A stretch of DNA of 63,687 bases, filler included, from Folioceros fuciformis (Eukaryota), in the NCBI GenBank assembly GCA_049999805.1. It is 4 parts of 4 records of this genome, joined end to end, with 100 filler letters (N's around TTAATTAATTAA, not from the genome) between each part and the next. Parts side by side here need not be neighbours in the genome. Positions count along the whole stretch, not along the records: positions 22,209 to 46,523 come from JBNGIO010006054.1; positions 46,624 to 53,374 come from JBNGIO010006057.1; 2 more parts are not named here. One strand, 5' to 3'. Positions within the stretch are counted from its first letter, which is position 1; each line of letters begins with the position of its first letter. The notes under the pieces were generated by a model. It saw nothing but the letters and a program-made list of their open reading frames with translations, did not search any database and had not been told where the DNA came from. Position numbers and translations under genes: made by a program. This document shows, one piece after another, positions 37,512-50,674 of the stretch.

Positions 37512-37715
37512 CTTCAAGCACCAGACTGGTTTTTGTTTGACATTTGTGCAGGCGCAACTGCGCACGCCTTCCTCTCCGCTATTCTGAGGTTAGCGACGTC
37601 ATCAGAAAGTCTGCTGATCGACATAAGGTGCGTGAACAACTGCTGATCATTGATTCACAGGTCTCACCGGGATCTAGGGGCAAAATCTTGACCCTCTTCT
37701 TGTGCTCTGATACCA

Positions 37716-37947
37716 TGACGTGGATCGAGCTAGCATCACGCACGTATGCAGATCGCATAAGAGTATATTCAATATTGCACGGGAACGTGCTGGTGGCTTA
37801 CACGCGGCTTGTCCATGTCGCTTGACATCTCGGTAGTTAGAAAAACAAATAACTGTCCTAGCATGTAACCCTAACTACTTCTAGGTATAGACAATTATAT
37901 ATATATATAGTTTTAGGTTTAGGGTGAAACGAAACACTACGCCGTCA
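37716..37947 (-). repeat. 5' LTR of F (232 bp)
   Basis: Adjacent Met PBS (GCTCTGATACCA on +). Confidence 0.96.
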
Positions 37948-40233
37948 GATCTCCCAGCCTACAGTAGAGACTACTCCTATTAGTGGCAGCGTTGGGCACA
38001 TAAATATTGTAGATTCCGATTGGGCCTTGAGGTGTTTGCAACACCAGCCACACAAACCTCCCACCTTCATCTTGCCGCGATTCCAGGATGTTGTGGGCTT
38101 GTTTTGGGTGAATTGTGATGGACACACCTCCACAAGTTGCTGACGCTCGCTGAGGAGAATGCTCTTCTCCTCTTGCTTCATCTGCTCTAGCTGCCACCCA
38201 TTCTGTTCTACCTAGAAGAAAGATCTTCTTCACTTTCTGGATATGCTCCATTGAGAGTTTATGCTCTTACAGGCATACAATATCCCAAGTGACTTCCTCT
38301 TCTTACAGATGCTTCAGCCTTCTACACTTCAAAGCCGTCCTTGACCATCCCCCCAAACCCCTAACATTCCAAGAAATGATCCGCAGGTGCGTCCCCCTCT
38401 CATAATTTTTTAGAGTATCGATTCCGGACAGCACATGTCTTGGGCACCCTAGCCCTAGACATGAATCTGGACCGCGCCAAATGGCTCATGGGACATTCTT
38501 TGAAGCCTTTCAGACTTGCGAATGACGGGAGCAATCCTCCTGTCATAAACTCCTGAAATCCTTTCAATTTCACCCACTGCCGTATCCGGAGTCCATATCC
38601 TGTCGTTTGCCCAGGGCACGTCCAAGGTCCACCTCCATTCTGGGATAAGCGGCATAGTTGGTCCATAAACTTGTTTTAGACGGATTTCAACAAAAAAATT
38701 GATCATCCTTCTGATAGACACCACTGAAGAACTCCACCTCCTTACCTTCCTTACCTGCAAGGACCCCTCCGGATAACAAGTCAAAGATCTTTTCCTGCCC
38801 TGAGTGCTATTGATGCAGTGTAATGATAAGAGGTAGCTGCTCCCCCCCCGCCTCCTATCATAACCAGATAAGAGCAAATGTCTTGAATCTTCCTCGTAAC
38901 CTTTAGGTTGATTGAATACTGTCGGCATTTCGTCCTTGTTATTCCTTCCAACTTTCTGCACTCCTAGCCACTAAGCAAGCTAGGTTCCTCCTACCCTGGA
39001 GGAGGGTGCACTTGCTACGCCACCTTGATCTACACTAGGTCCCTTTCTCAGGAGGTTAGCGAAGAGGTACTTCCTTCATCCCTAGAGAAAATAGCTTGAA
39101 CCTCATGCCATTCAGGCTCCGTATCCTCATCGTCCTCAGCACAAGGAGTGGAGAAAACGTCGTCCTCGGATGCATACACCGCATTATCTTGCATGGTGGG
39201 GCTGACATAGTCAAACAAGGATTTTTCCAAACATGTTGATCAAATTCCATCCTCACTAGATCCCAATCCCGCTCCAATTTTGCGGTGACCACGCACTGCC
39301 AATGGATCATTCACCTCACCAGATGAGATCTTCTTGTGAATCCTATTTCCGCCCCTCGGCCCTTCCAGCACTTTGATCTTTTTTCCATTCGGAGAGGTTA
39401 TATCCAGGGCCGTACGTTGAACCACTCTGTTCAACGCCTTCCTTGCCTTGGCCACCGTGATCTAATCTTGCGGCTTATGACCTGCTTAAGGGTCCTCCAA
39501 GACCCGGGTCCTCTTCCCCACAGACACCTCCATATTCCTATGTTTGCCTGTTTTCAAGACAAATGATGTCGCAGCTGTCTAGGTAGGAGAATTGTAGGCC
39601 GGTCCTACGACTGGCTCTAAGATTCCAGCAATACCGAGATCCCCTCCTTGATCGGGAGCCTGGTGTACCGATGCTGACACAATGTTTACTAGTGAAGCCA
39701 TCCCCGGGGAGACAAGCGACTATTGCCCGTGAAAAACCATGGCAGACTTCCTCCCCAAGTCCTCACTGACTTCATTAGAGGGAGCTTCAGGTCCTGACCA
39801 CCGGCTCAAAACCGAAGGAGACAACACATCACTGAGCTTCTGAGGAGGCAATCTCGGCAAGTCTCCAGTAATTATGATAGTTTCTAGATCAGCCCCTGTG
39901 CAAGCACAACTCTCCCCCTCGATTCTTGAAGTAAGGGGCCTCTTTACCAATTCGGCAACCCGTCTACCTTTGTATTGCACGCCCTTCACCTCAGATCCCG
40001 CCGCTTGCACACATACAAAGTCCTCCAACTTACAATCTACGTTAGCTACCCCAAGAGCTGAATCAGAAATCGTCTTCTTAAATTTGGCAGGCAAGCTTAC
40101 TGCCGAACTCGCCTCCCCACCTTGAAAGGCCCCTGCCCATGAGTCTCTTCCACTGCAAGCCAACCAATCTCCTGCCTCCCCCTGGCCTAACCAACAACAT
40201 CCTCCATGGCATCCTGCACGCCTCCCTTCTTCT

Positions 40234-43200
40234 TGTTGAAATAGCACCACTAGCTTAGATGGACTCCATAGTACATTCCTTATGGTGCACAAGATGCTAC
40301 ATGTAGAGCCTTCAGGCGGGGCAACCCTCGATAAGGTAAGCCTTAGTCTCGAGGGTGCAATATCCTGGTATATCCTTATATATCCTGATAACACTTAGGT
40401 GGTAGATAACTACGAGTTCAATATGGGATAATCTTCACTATCCAAAGTGTTGTATGCTCTTAATAACAATTCAATTAGAGCTTGATTTCTAACACTCCCC
40501 CTCAAGCTCAAACTATTTGTAACACTCCAAGTAGTTCACGAAAGTGTAAGAACTTATCTCTACCTAGCGACTTAGTAAAGATATTTGCTACTTGGTCTTC
40601 GGTCTTCACATGCCAAAGATCGATCTTCTCAAATAATACCACTTCCCTAATGAAATGATAATGTACTTCTATGTGCTTCGAACGAGCATGAAACACAGGA
40701 TTAGTAGCTAACCTCATGCTACTAATGTTGTCACAGTAGATTGTGACCTTGCTGTTCACTATATTTCCAAGATCATGTAGCAACTTCTGCAACCAAGTTG
40801 CTTCACAGGCTCCCATTGCAGCTCCTCGATACTCTGCTTCTGTGCTTGACAAAGCAAATGTCGGTTGTTTCTTGCTTTGCCAGCTGATCATACTTTTTCC
40901 CAGACTGAATGCATATCCATTGGTTGATCTTCTGTCATACGCACAACCGGCCCAATCAGCATCTATATATCCCGTCAGTTCAAGATGCTTCCTATGCTCA
41001 TAGAGCAATCCAAATTGAGTGGTTCCTTTCATATATCTCATGATTCTTCTAACTGCATCCAAGTGTGGTTTCCTTGGGTTTTGCATGAATTGACTAATCA
41101 TCCTACTACATAACTTAAGTCAGGACGTGTGATAGTCAAGTAGATCAAACTTTCGACCATCTATCAGTACATGGTCACATTTTCCAGCTCAGTTCCTACA
41201 TCCATTTGCAGCTTGACGTTTTGCTTAAATGGTATATCCATCGCTTTGCAATCTGCCATGCCATACTTCTGCAACATATCCTTAGCATATTGTTTTTGCA
41301 ATAGCCATATTCCTTGAGGTGTAGACACAACCTCAATTTCTAAGAAGTATTTGAGTTCACCAAGATCCTTCACCTTGAACTCATTTTGCAGATTCACCTT
41401 GACATCTACAATACCATCTGCACTATCTCCTGTGATGATCAAGTCGTCAACATAAACGACAAGACAAACTTGTCCTACCTTGGTCTGTTTTACAAATAGA
41501 CTGTGATCTGCGGCTCTAATCACAAACCCTCGCTCCTTCAAATAGCTTGTGATACGAGCATTCCATGCTCTAGGTGCCTGTTTGAGTCCATACAATGCCT
41601 TCTTCAGTTTGCATACGTACGTTGGAAACTTAGGATGAACATAGCCTTCAGGCTGTTCCACGTACACTTCCTCCCGCAACTCACCATTCAAGAAAGCATT
41701 CTTGACATCTATTTGCCATAACTTCCATCCTTTAGCTGCTGCTAATGCTATGACTATCCTTACAGTTGTCATCTTGGCTACTGGACTAAAGGTTTCCTCA
41801 TAATCAAGACCATACTATTGTGCATATCCTTTTACAACCATCTTGGCCTTGTAACGCTCCAGCGTTCCATCTAACTTGAACTTTAGCTTGTACACCCACT
41901 TAGAACCAATAGGAACCTTGCCATCAGGCAATTGAACCAAATCCCACGTTTCGTTCTCAACTAATGCTGAGTATTCTTCATCCATGGCTTGACACCACTT
42001 ATCATCTGTCACTGCCTCAGCAAGCTTGGCTGGCTCCTTACAAGCTGTGACCCTTGTCATATACACATAATGTTGCGCATTGTAGCTTGTATAGGTGTAC
42101 CTGTCAATGGGTTTCCTAACCCTGTCAAATCTTCTTGGTCTTGGTTCAGTTTGAACCTGCCTTACATATCGTTGCTCCTTAGCACCTGGCATTTCCACAG
42201 ACTGAATGCCAAACTCATTGTCAATGCTCTCACTACTTGAGGATTCATATCCCTCATTTCCAGTTTTGCTGCTTTCTACTCTCCCCCTCAATGACATGTT
42301 CGGGTCAGTGGTCTTGGGTTTACCATTCCGCAGTCTTCCAGACCATGGATTCACCGTTGGTGATCCACCATTGGTTACATCCTCACTCTTTGCTGGAGTA
42401 CTTTAACAATACTCTCCCCTGTTGGTTCGTCATAGGGTAGTGCAACTGAGTTGCTATACCAAGAGACTAACTCATCAAATACCACATCCCTGCTTATCAG
42501 GATCTCATGTGTGGATGGCACATAACACTTATATGCCTTCCTATTTCGTGCATACCCCAGAAAAACACTCTTTACTTCTTTAGGATCCAGCTTCCTACGC
42601 TTCTCATCAAGTACATGCACATATACAATGCACCCAAACACTGTCAAATGCCTAATATCCGGCTTATAGCCATACAGTCTCTCAATTGGTGTAGCATCAT
42701 GAATTCCTACCGTAGGAGTTCGATTCAGTACATACACTGCTGCCATCACTGCTTTTGCCCAATAATCATTAGGTAAGCACTTCTCATTCAACATTGCCCT
42801 TGCTGTTTCCATGACTACCCGATTCTTCCTCTCTGCAACACCATTCTGCTGTGGTGTGTATCTACAAGTCAGCTGTCTTCGTATACCATGATTTGCAAGA
42901 TACCTATCAAACGCATTTGAGACATATTCTCCCCCTCCATCTAACTTAGACAAGAGATGGAGCAGCTGAATTCATTTTCAACATGCTTTTTGAAGTCCTT
43001 GAAAGACTCAAACACTTCATCCTTATGCTTCAGTATGTACAGCCACATGTACCTGCTGAAATCATCAATGAAGGAGACATAGTAGTGGGCTCCTCCAAAC
43101 AATGCATTCTGTGAAGGACCCCATACATCAGAGTGTATCAATTGCAAAGGTCTCGAGCTGTTCTGCACGTGTCGCACAAATGGAAACCTTGACTATTTTC

Positions 43201-45547
43201 CAAATTGACATGTAGAACACACATGACCAAGATCAGCATGCTTGAACTTGGGCAATCCTTCCACCACGCTTTTCTGTTGCATAGATTTCAGCTTCTTTAT
43301 GTTCACATGCCCAATCCTCTTATGCCATATTTCAACATCACGTATGGCACCTGCATCATTTGTAAACATTGCTGCATTTAACTCTGGAATGGATGCATCC
43401 AGAGTGAACATCCGTCCATTCCTACTACCTTTAGCAATCAGTTTGCATTCTCTGTCATATTCTTCAATAAAGCATCCATCTTTATTGAATCGAACCTGCA
43501 GATTTTGTTCAGCCATCTGTCCAACAGACAATAGGTTCTTCGTAATGGTTGGAACATGCAACACATCTTGCAGACTCTTCTGCTGACCATTCGACATCCT
43601 AAGAGGAACAATTCCTCTATGCTTTATGTCATGTTGGGTGTCATCTCCTATACACATATGACCATGGGGACTTGCATCCATCTTGTTAAACCACTCGCCA
43701 TGCGGAGTCATGTGGTTTGATGCTTCTTAATTAATGTACCATCTCTCATCATTCTACCCATCCTGTTCAGAGAGATGTTGCATGGCAAACAACCTATCCT
43801 GGTCATTTCCAGCATTACTAGAGGAGGCATAGTTCCCATGCTGCCTTCCTTTTCCTCTCATGTCTGCTTGTTGCTTATAGCAGTCCTTAGCAATATGACC
43901 AACCTTTCCACAATAGTAACACTCCTTGTCTCTATTGGAATGGTCATGAGATTGAAAAGAACCATCTCTTCCTCTTGTGGCTCTACTTGCGCCTCTAAAA
44001 CTTCCAGAATCTCTCTGTGGCCTCTCCCACGTTGGTTAGAAAACAAAACAGTGTCTCTCCCTTGAGACATACCTGATCCTGTGTTCAGACCAAGCTTGAC
44101 TTCCTCATGCAGCAACAAAGCAACCAATTCATCCCAACTTGGGGACTCAGCTCTCACAGAGATTGATGTGTCAAAGGACTTGTATTCCTTGCCAAGTCCG
44201 TTTAGAGTAATTGCAACCATGTCATCTTCCGTCACACTTGCAGCGATTGTAGCAAGCTGATCAGCTATGGTCTTCACCTCTGTTGTATACACGAGTATGG
44301 ATCTGCTTCCTCGTGACAAGTTGTTGAACTGTTGCTTCAACTGGATTTTCCTATCATGTGTGACATTCCCATAGTTCCTCATGAGTATGTCCCATGCATC
44401 CTTCGGAGACTCACATCCCGTGATCTGTATGACCATAGCATCTGAAATACTTAAGGAGAGCCAGTGTAACACTTTACATGCTCTTTCAGTCCAATGCTTG
44501 TGAGCAGTCTTTTGCTCCTGTGATGGAGTACGATCCATCTCCGGTTCACTCTCATCACATGTGCAGAGGTCCCAATAGCCTCTACCTACCAAGAAGTTCT
44601 TCATCCTGAACTTCCACAAAGCAAAATTCTTGATATCCAACTTCTCTCCCACAACCTGAGAGATTGTCTGATCCCTGCACGCTAGCCATGATTCAAGCTC
44701 CTTTATGCACCAACACTTGTCCTGCACCTCAGTTCAGTTGCCTTCTCTTGCTTGCTGTGCCACCAAGTCCCTTGTGGACAAATTGTCAAAACACTTTCAT
44801 GCGTCTTCTAACAGATGGTTTTGACAATCTTGAGTGCAACTCCCTACATTGCTGTAGAGCTCCAGCACTCCACAAGCCTCAATCATATCTCAAAAATTCC
44901 TGAATGTGCAACTAACTCTTTGCTAAGCAAAAACAGCCTTTGCTCAAGCTTTCAAAAGTAAAAAAAAACAGAACACTATTTGCCAAGTTTAGGCCTTCCT
45001 CCTCAAAAATCCTGGGCCTGCTGTGGCTTCCACGGCTTGGTTGCCTCCAGTAGTTGCTGCTCCTCCTGAGTCTCTCCCTCTTGTGCCTCTCGAGTGCTCT
45101 TGCGCTTGTGGCGCCTGTTGCGGCTTCCTACGCCGCCTACGCCGCTGCGCCTCNNNNNNNNNNNNNNNNNNNNNNNNNNNNNNNNNNNNNNNNNNNNNNN
45201 NNNNNNNNNNNNNNNNNNNNNNNNNNNNNNNNNNNNNNNNNNNNNNNNNNNNNATAGCCACCATGGCTGCCGACGCTCTCTCTGGCTCTGATACCATGTT
45301 GAAATAGCACCACTAGCTTAGATGGACTCCACAATACATTCCTTATGGTGCACAGGATGCTACATATATAGCCTTTAGGCGGGGCAACCCTCGATAAGGT
45401 AAGCCTTAGTCTCGAGGGTGCAATATCCTGGTATATCTTGATAACACTTAGGTGGTAGATAACTACAAGTTCAATATAGGATAATCTACACTATCCTAAG
45501 TGTTGTATGCTCTTAATAACAATTCAGTTAGAGCTTGATTTATAACA
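40234..45547 (-). mobile_element. Copia element G, full length
   Basis: LTRs 40234-40494 and 45297-45547; perfect TSD CTTCT; PBS 45285-45296; PPT at 40495-40506. Confidence 0.96.
40508..44689 (-). pseudogene. Element G gag-pol, disrupted
   Basis: [54 protein letters not shown]. Confidence 0.94.
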
Positions 45548-46523
45548 CTTCTTCCCTACTTTCCACACCTACCCCAGAGGTTCCTTGATCTATCTCGCTA
45601 TGACTACTACAGGACAAAGGGCAAACCTTCTCCCACTCCTGTTTTGCAGCCAGGGACAAGAAGGAATCACCGTGCAAGCTCACCCTTGGAGGTACTCCAG
45701 TGACGGTGCCAGCGTCTGAAACATCGCCTAAGAACGCACAATTCTCCCCCTTAATTCTGGAAGCAAGGGACCTCTTTATCTCTTTAGCATCCTGTCCACC
45801 TTTGCCCAGCACCTCCTTCACCTCAGAGCCCATCGTTTGCACAAAAGATGGGTCCTCCACCTGACCTCCCACGTTGGCATCCCTGAGAACTGCATCCGAG
45901 ATCGCCGTCATGTGTTTGGCGAGGAGGCTTTCTGTCGAAAATGCCTCTCCTCTCTGAGAGGACCTAGCCTGGAATGCTCTGGCATTGGAGACCAGCTGAT
46001 CTCCCTTCTTCCCCTGGCCAGACTGATGACACTTTGCAGCACACCCCACCAACATCTCTTCTTCTTCCCTAGCTGCAAAACCCAAACTAGAGACACCTTG
46101 GTCTCTCTCACTGTGATGGCCACAAGAACACTAGCAAACTCCACCCCGCTCCCGCCCCGCCTCTAGGGACGGGGAGGATTCACCCTGCAAGCAATCCCTT
46201 GGAGGATCCATAGCAAATACCTGCTCTGGTTGTGGGGCAACTTCCGAACGAGAAACAGCGTGATTCAGAAGTGGTGGAACGTGTGCTCCATCAACCTTCT
46301 GATCCTTGATGTGGAGGCAAAACCCCGGGCACTGATTGCCGACGGGTCCCACCTTTAGTAACCACACTTATCCCACTGTCGTTGAGACATTAGGTTTCGT
46401 TCCCACGAAGGAGCGATGGGGTTCCTTGCTGCTGTGGATGGAGGGTCGGACTTGATCGACTCGATGACGGATTCGAGGGCTCCCCTCCAGCTCCGATCAG
46501 GCGTAGGACAGGCCTCGCTGTCC

Positions 46524-46623
46524 NNNNNNNNNNNNNNNNNNNNNNNNNNNNNNNNNNNNNNNNNNNNTTAATTAATTAANNNNNNNNNNNNNNNNNNNNN
46601 NNNNNNNNNNNNNNNNNNNNNNN
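46524..46623. other. Artificial contig linker
   Basis: N44-TTAATTAATTAA-N44. Confidence 0.95.
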
Positions 46624-49600
46624 GGAGAGCGTGGGGAGGTTGTGGGAAACATTGACGGCTCATCTCCGTTGAACGTTTCCCATCTCACTAGGAGGTTTGC
46701 TAGAACCTCATCGACGCAGGAAGTTGTGGTTGTTCAGGTTGTGCTACCCATTCACACCTCACCTCAAGAAAACTCTACCATGAGTGGGGGAGGGGTGAGT
46801 TCTTTGACTGGTGGGTTGTCACAACCTCATACACGACAACAGTATGTGAAGTTTGGGGACAAGAAGCGGGATTCAGATGCAGAGGCATTCATTCGCACCT
46901 TTGAGCATGTTTCCCATGCCAACTTGGAAGGAACCGTTGCAGACCGATTACGGATATTTCCAGGCTTATTATGAGGGCACGCTCAACAGTGGTATAGCCA
47001 AACTTATGGAGCTGCAGGACCTCCTAATTGGGATTCAATTTGAGCTGCGTTCTTGGACAGATTCAGGGGTCTGAGCTATGCGAATCATACCTTGGTCAAG
47101 TTACGAACTTTGAGAAGGAAGCGGCGAGAGAGTTTGTACGACTATGTGGAACGTTTCTATGGGTACTTGGATCAAGTACCCAAGTGTCTGCATATTCACC
47201 CAAGCACCCTACCTACTCCACTGGAGGCTACTCACAGGAGCAAGCCCTTGATTGGTTGGTCAGTGGACTTTCGAAGGAGATGAACAAGTATTGTCGACGG
47301 GGCACTAAGACATTGGATGGAGCAATGAAGTTAGCAGAGGAATGGGAGTTGGCTGAACTAGGGAGTGCCAAGGACGAGAAGTCGAAAAAGAGAAAGAAGA
47401 AGAAACATTCTCGGGGAGTGGACGCCTCATCTTCATATGATTCCAGCTCATCGGAGGATTAGTCCTTCCCTTGTCCTTCACATCTCGCTCAAGCTCCTCC
47501 CTCCTCCTACGGACCTTAGCCAAATCTCGCTTCAACCTACGGTTGTAGGTCTTTTCAGACTCACTTGCAAATGTCGTCTCTGTGTTTGAATCACTCTCAC
47601 TCCCCTTCTCAATGGAGCTAGAATCCTCCGATGAGCTGGAATCATATGAAGATGAGGCGTCAAAAGATAGTAGTATGTTGGAGCAAATTGACACCTTAAC
47701 TAAGCGACTCACAGAGTTGGAGGTTAAAGCCCTCAAAAGCCACACTCCACGCCAATCTCCCTCACCAGGTAGGCAGCAAGTATATTGCTCGATTTGCCAT
47801 CAATCAGGGCACACACATCGTGAGTGCACACAGGCTCCAAGACATGTTGTGAACCAAGTGGAATCCTATGTGCCTGGGGATTATTGGTATGTAGACGAGG
47901 CCTACCAAGTTCAAGCTGTGACAAGAGGGAGACCGCCCCAGTCGATGCGACCTACCTACCAACCACCTGCACCTCCTGCCATGAGGTATGGGAACCGGCC
48001 CAGTTCACCAGGGCCATGGAGACCAGATTCATCGCAACGACCTCTCTCGATGCCAGCAGGATGTTGCTATAACTGCGGGGTACCCGGACATTATGTAGGT
48101 GATTGTACTGAGCCTCGGCGGCAGATGGGATATGTTCCCTTTTGCCAAGTCTGCAAGGAATTGGGACATAAGCCTGGGGATGCACGATGTAGTGGTGTCA
48201 ATCAAACAGTCCCTACGAGACCAGGGGTCCGTTTTGCGGAGCCACTAGTAGACACATAACCCGCTAAAACAGAGACGGCCATCACGATCACATCCACTCC
48301 AGTCCTTATGGTGGAGACCTCCGGAGACATTGGGGGACCTTAAGCCTTCGATAGCGTCTGCTGAACCTGGTTACGAAGGGGAAACGAGCGATGGGGAGGA
48401 GGAAATGGTAGCCCGAGTAACCACCCGTGCCGAACGTCGGGAGAACGATCGGCGGTTGGAGAAACGAAGAGACCGAGAGGAGCGACAACGGAAGAAGAAG
48501 TCACAAAAGCCATCCAATGGAATGACTGAACTTGGGGCAACTGTACCCCCATCATCTTCCCCAAATGGTAGGGAGCCCACTCCACAACTAAGCGAGATGT
48601 TGAAAGACGTCAGAACGGGTGTTCAGGAGGAAGGACCCCATACCTTCCCTCCTGACATTAGTAGGGAGGTTGCAGACATGTTGGAAGGTGAGTTACGGAG
48701 ACTTGCAAACTGTGTAGGGAGAAAGGATCCCTCCCTACCTAATGAGGTAATTGAGAAGGAGAAGGAAGATGGGGTACACGAACATTCCTCTGAGGTGAGA
48801 GCTGGAAATGATCAATCTCAAGGAGACATCGGGGAGCAAGTTGCCACAGCTGCAAGGACCTTACTAGACACCGAATTTGTGATAAGCTTAAGGCAATTGT
48901 TGGCAGCTAGTCCGAAGTCTAGGAAGATTGTGAAGGAGGTCATTTGTAACATACCCACCGTAGCCCTTCTACATGAAGCCATTGTAGCAGAGGTGGATGT
49001 AGTATGGACAGCTGATTTAAGAGCTCCTGAGGTTGAGATAGAGATTGCTGGATGCTTAGTACAGGGGGTTCCGCTTGACACTGGGTCAGGGGTCAACTTG
49101 ATGAAGGAAGAAACGGCAAAGGGGCTTGGATTCACAACCTTCCACCCATCCCAAGTTTACTTACGCATGGCAGACCAAACGCAGAGGTGACCCTTGGGAG
49201 TTTTGAAGCAGGTACCTACCAATATTGGAGGGATTCCCTACCCGCTTGACTATTTGGTGATCAAACCTGTTTCAGAGTTGGGATACAAGGTGTTGATTGG
49301 AAGACCCTGGCTCTACGAGACAGCTTGTGTCTTTGACTTTGGGCGACAAGCTATTCGTTTCAAGGACCATGAGGGGCAAGTTAGGAGAGCTTCGTATGTT
49401 TCTTGGAAGAAAACTCCACATGGGGGGGAAACTCCTCCCCCTACAGATGGGTACACCTCAGGCAGTCAAGAAGGGAGTATATCGGAGAGTGACCAAGGGT
49501 ACACGGGGTGGAATTTTGGAAGTAAGGAGATGATGGAAGATGGCTCTTGCTTTCACGTGGATACTGAGGCAGGATTTGCTCATCCATATGAGGGGGCAAG

Positions 49601-49951
49601 AGTGAGCCAAGGAAGCAATCCTGAGGGGACCTACGTGGATTCTGACGCTGTAGAGAGATTGGAGTTAGCACCAGGGAAGGTAGTGAAGATCTCCAAATAC
49701 TTGAGCCCTGCGGAGAAGGAAGCCTTCCGAAGCTTACGGACAGAGTATCTTGATGTCTTTGCCTTTAAAATCACTGACATGATTGGGATCCCTGAGGAAT
49801 TGGGCGTGCACCGGATTGACTTGAGGGAAGGGAGCACTCCCATCCGAGTCAAACAATACCGTTTGAATCTCAAATACTCCATGGTAGTGAAGGAGCAGCT
49901 GGACCCGTATTTGGAAGCAGGGGTGATATGTCCTATTCTGAACAGCGAGTG
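46624..49951 (+). mobile_element. Ty3/gypsy relic: gag, zinc knuckles, protease, start of RT; interrupted by K
   Basis: gag L*GHAQQWY...W...FLDRF; CYNCGVPGHYVGDC; VPLDTGSGVN...LIGRPWL; HRIDL...PIRVKQYRLN...LEAGVI; RT follows protease directly. Confidence 0.88.
47421..47661. repeat. Perfect 40-bp inverted repeat (47421-47460 / 47622-47661) around an inverted gag segment
   Basis: GACGCCTCATCTTCATATGATTCCAGCTCATCGGAGGATT and its exact reverse complement. Confidence 0.93.
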
Positions 49952-50674
49952 AGTTAGAATATAAGGCAGACCACGTGGTTCTGTATCACGTTGGTTAGTC
50001 TAACTAGACCTAGTTATAAGTGCAGTTAGTTAACTGGCAGGCTAGTTATAGGACGCACCCCTTCGTAAACCGCTATTTAAGGCCTACCTTTGTATCCACC
50101 TATTTAGTTGCTATTAGATCATCTTTTATGCATCTGCTTCCACATTAGCAATTCTAACTTGGTATCAGAGCTACGGCTCACATGGTTACTGATCATGGCT
50201 AGAAAGATGCTGTTGAGTTTGCGCAAGAACTCTGGGGAGATCTGCGTAAGATGGGGAGATCTCTGGATCTCTTAGGATGTTTAATAGAAAGTTGCTTCTA
50301 ATTAAATCTGCAAATCAACAGGTTTAGATTAGAGTAGCAAGCTTCTCTATACATTCTACTTTCAGAATAGAACGTTCTGATATAAAAATCCACGAAAATG
50401 ATACCGTTGATCGGTCCCCCACCTCAATATTGATCCTACCCCTAGGCACTCAACTTCAGAGTTTTGATGTGGAGCGGGTTACTTACCCGACTCATACCTC
50501 AGCACGTTATACATCTGGTTTGGTATAAAGATATGAAAAGGCAAACGTCGTAAATATGACTTTAATTTTCGCGGAAAGGCTCGCGGCCTCTCCCTCTTTG
50601 CGCTTCGTTCACATGCGCGACGCGAGACAATTGTCGCGGGGGCAATTCTTCTCAATCTCTCCAATTAGATCACC

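Larger units (their letters stand above)
31776..37947 (-). mobile_element. Copia element F, full length, relatively young
   Basis: LTRs 31776-32103 and 37716-37947 (TGACG...CGTCA, 3 mismatches by eye); perfect TSD GATCT; PBS 37704-37715; PPT AAGTGGGGG. Confidence 0.97.
27886..38392 (-). pseudogene. LINE ORF2 (APE endonuclease, RT, zf-RVT), split by F
   Basis: Fragments 37948-38392, 31556-31747, 30940-31239, 30515-30898, 29760-30047, 29010-29582, 28047-28682. Confidence 0.9.
27615..46523 (-). mobile_element. L1-clade LINE, degraded, interrupted by F and G; 5' end in gap
   Basis: Endonuclease motifs IISWNVRGLG (near 38385), AGDIN, SDHHP; RT motifs GCPLAPFLF and FADNTLLF; C-terminal CRLC...HMFFHC; A-rich 3' tail near 27620-27645. 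Confidence 0.9.
38400..46523 (-). pseudogene. Probable LINE ORF1 region (38400-40233 and 45548-46523), split by G
   Basis: Tiling minus-strand ORFs directly upstream of the endonuclease; assignment is positional only. Confidence 0.5.

Noticed and set aside
39720-40394. 224-aa ORF as one gene (similar start at 55959-56270)
   Set aside because: Chimeric: it begins inside the G-family LTR and runs into flanking DNA
44690-45285. An ORF0 in element G (RRRRRRKPQQ)
   Set aside because: Low complexity, broken by a gap, no coiled-coil pattern, different copia lineage; undecidable here
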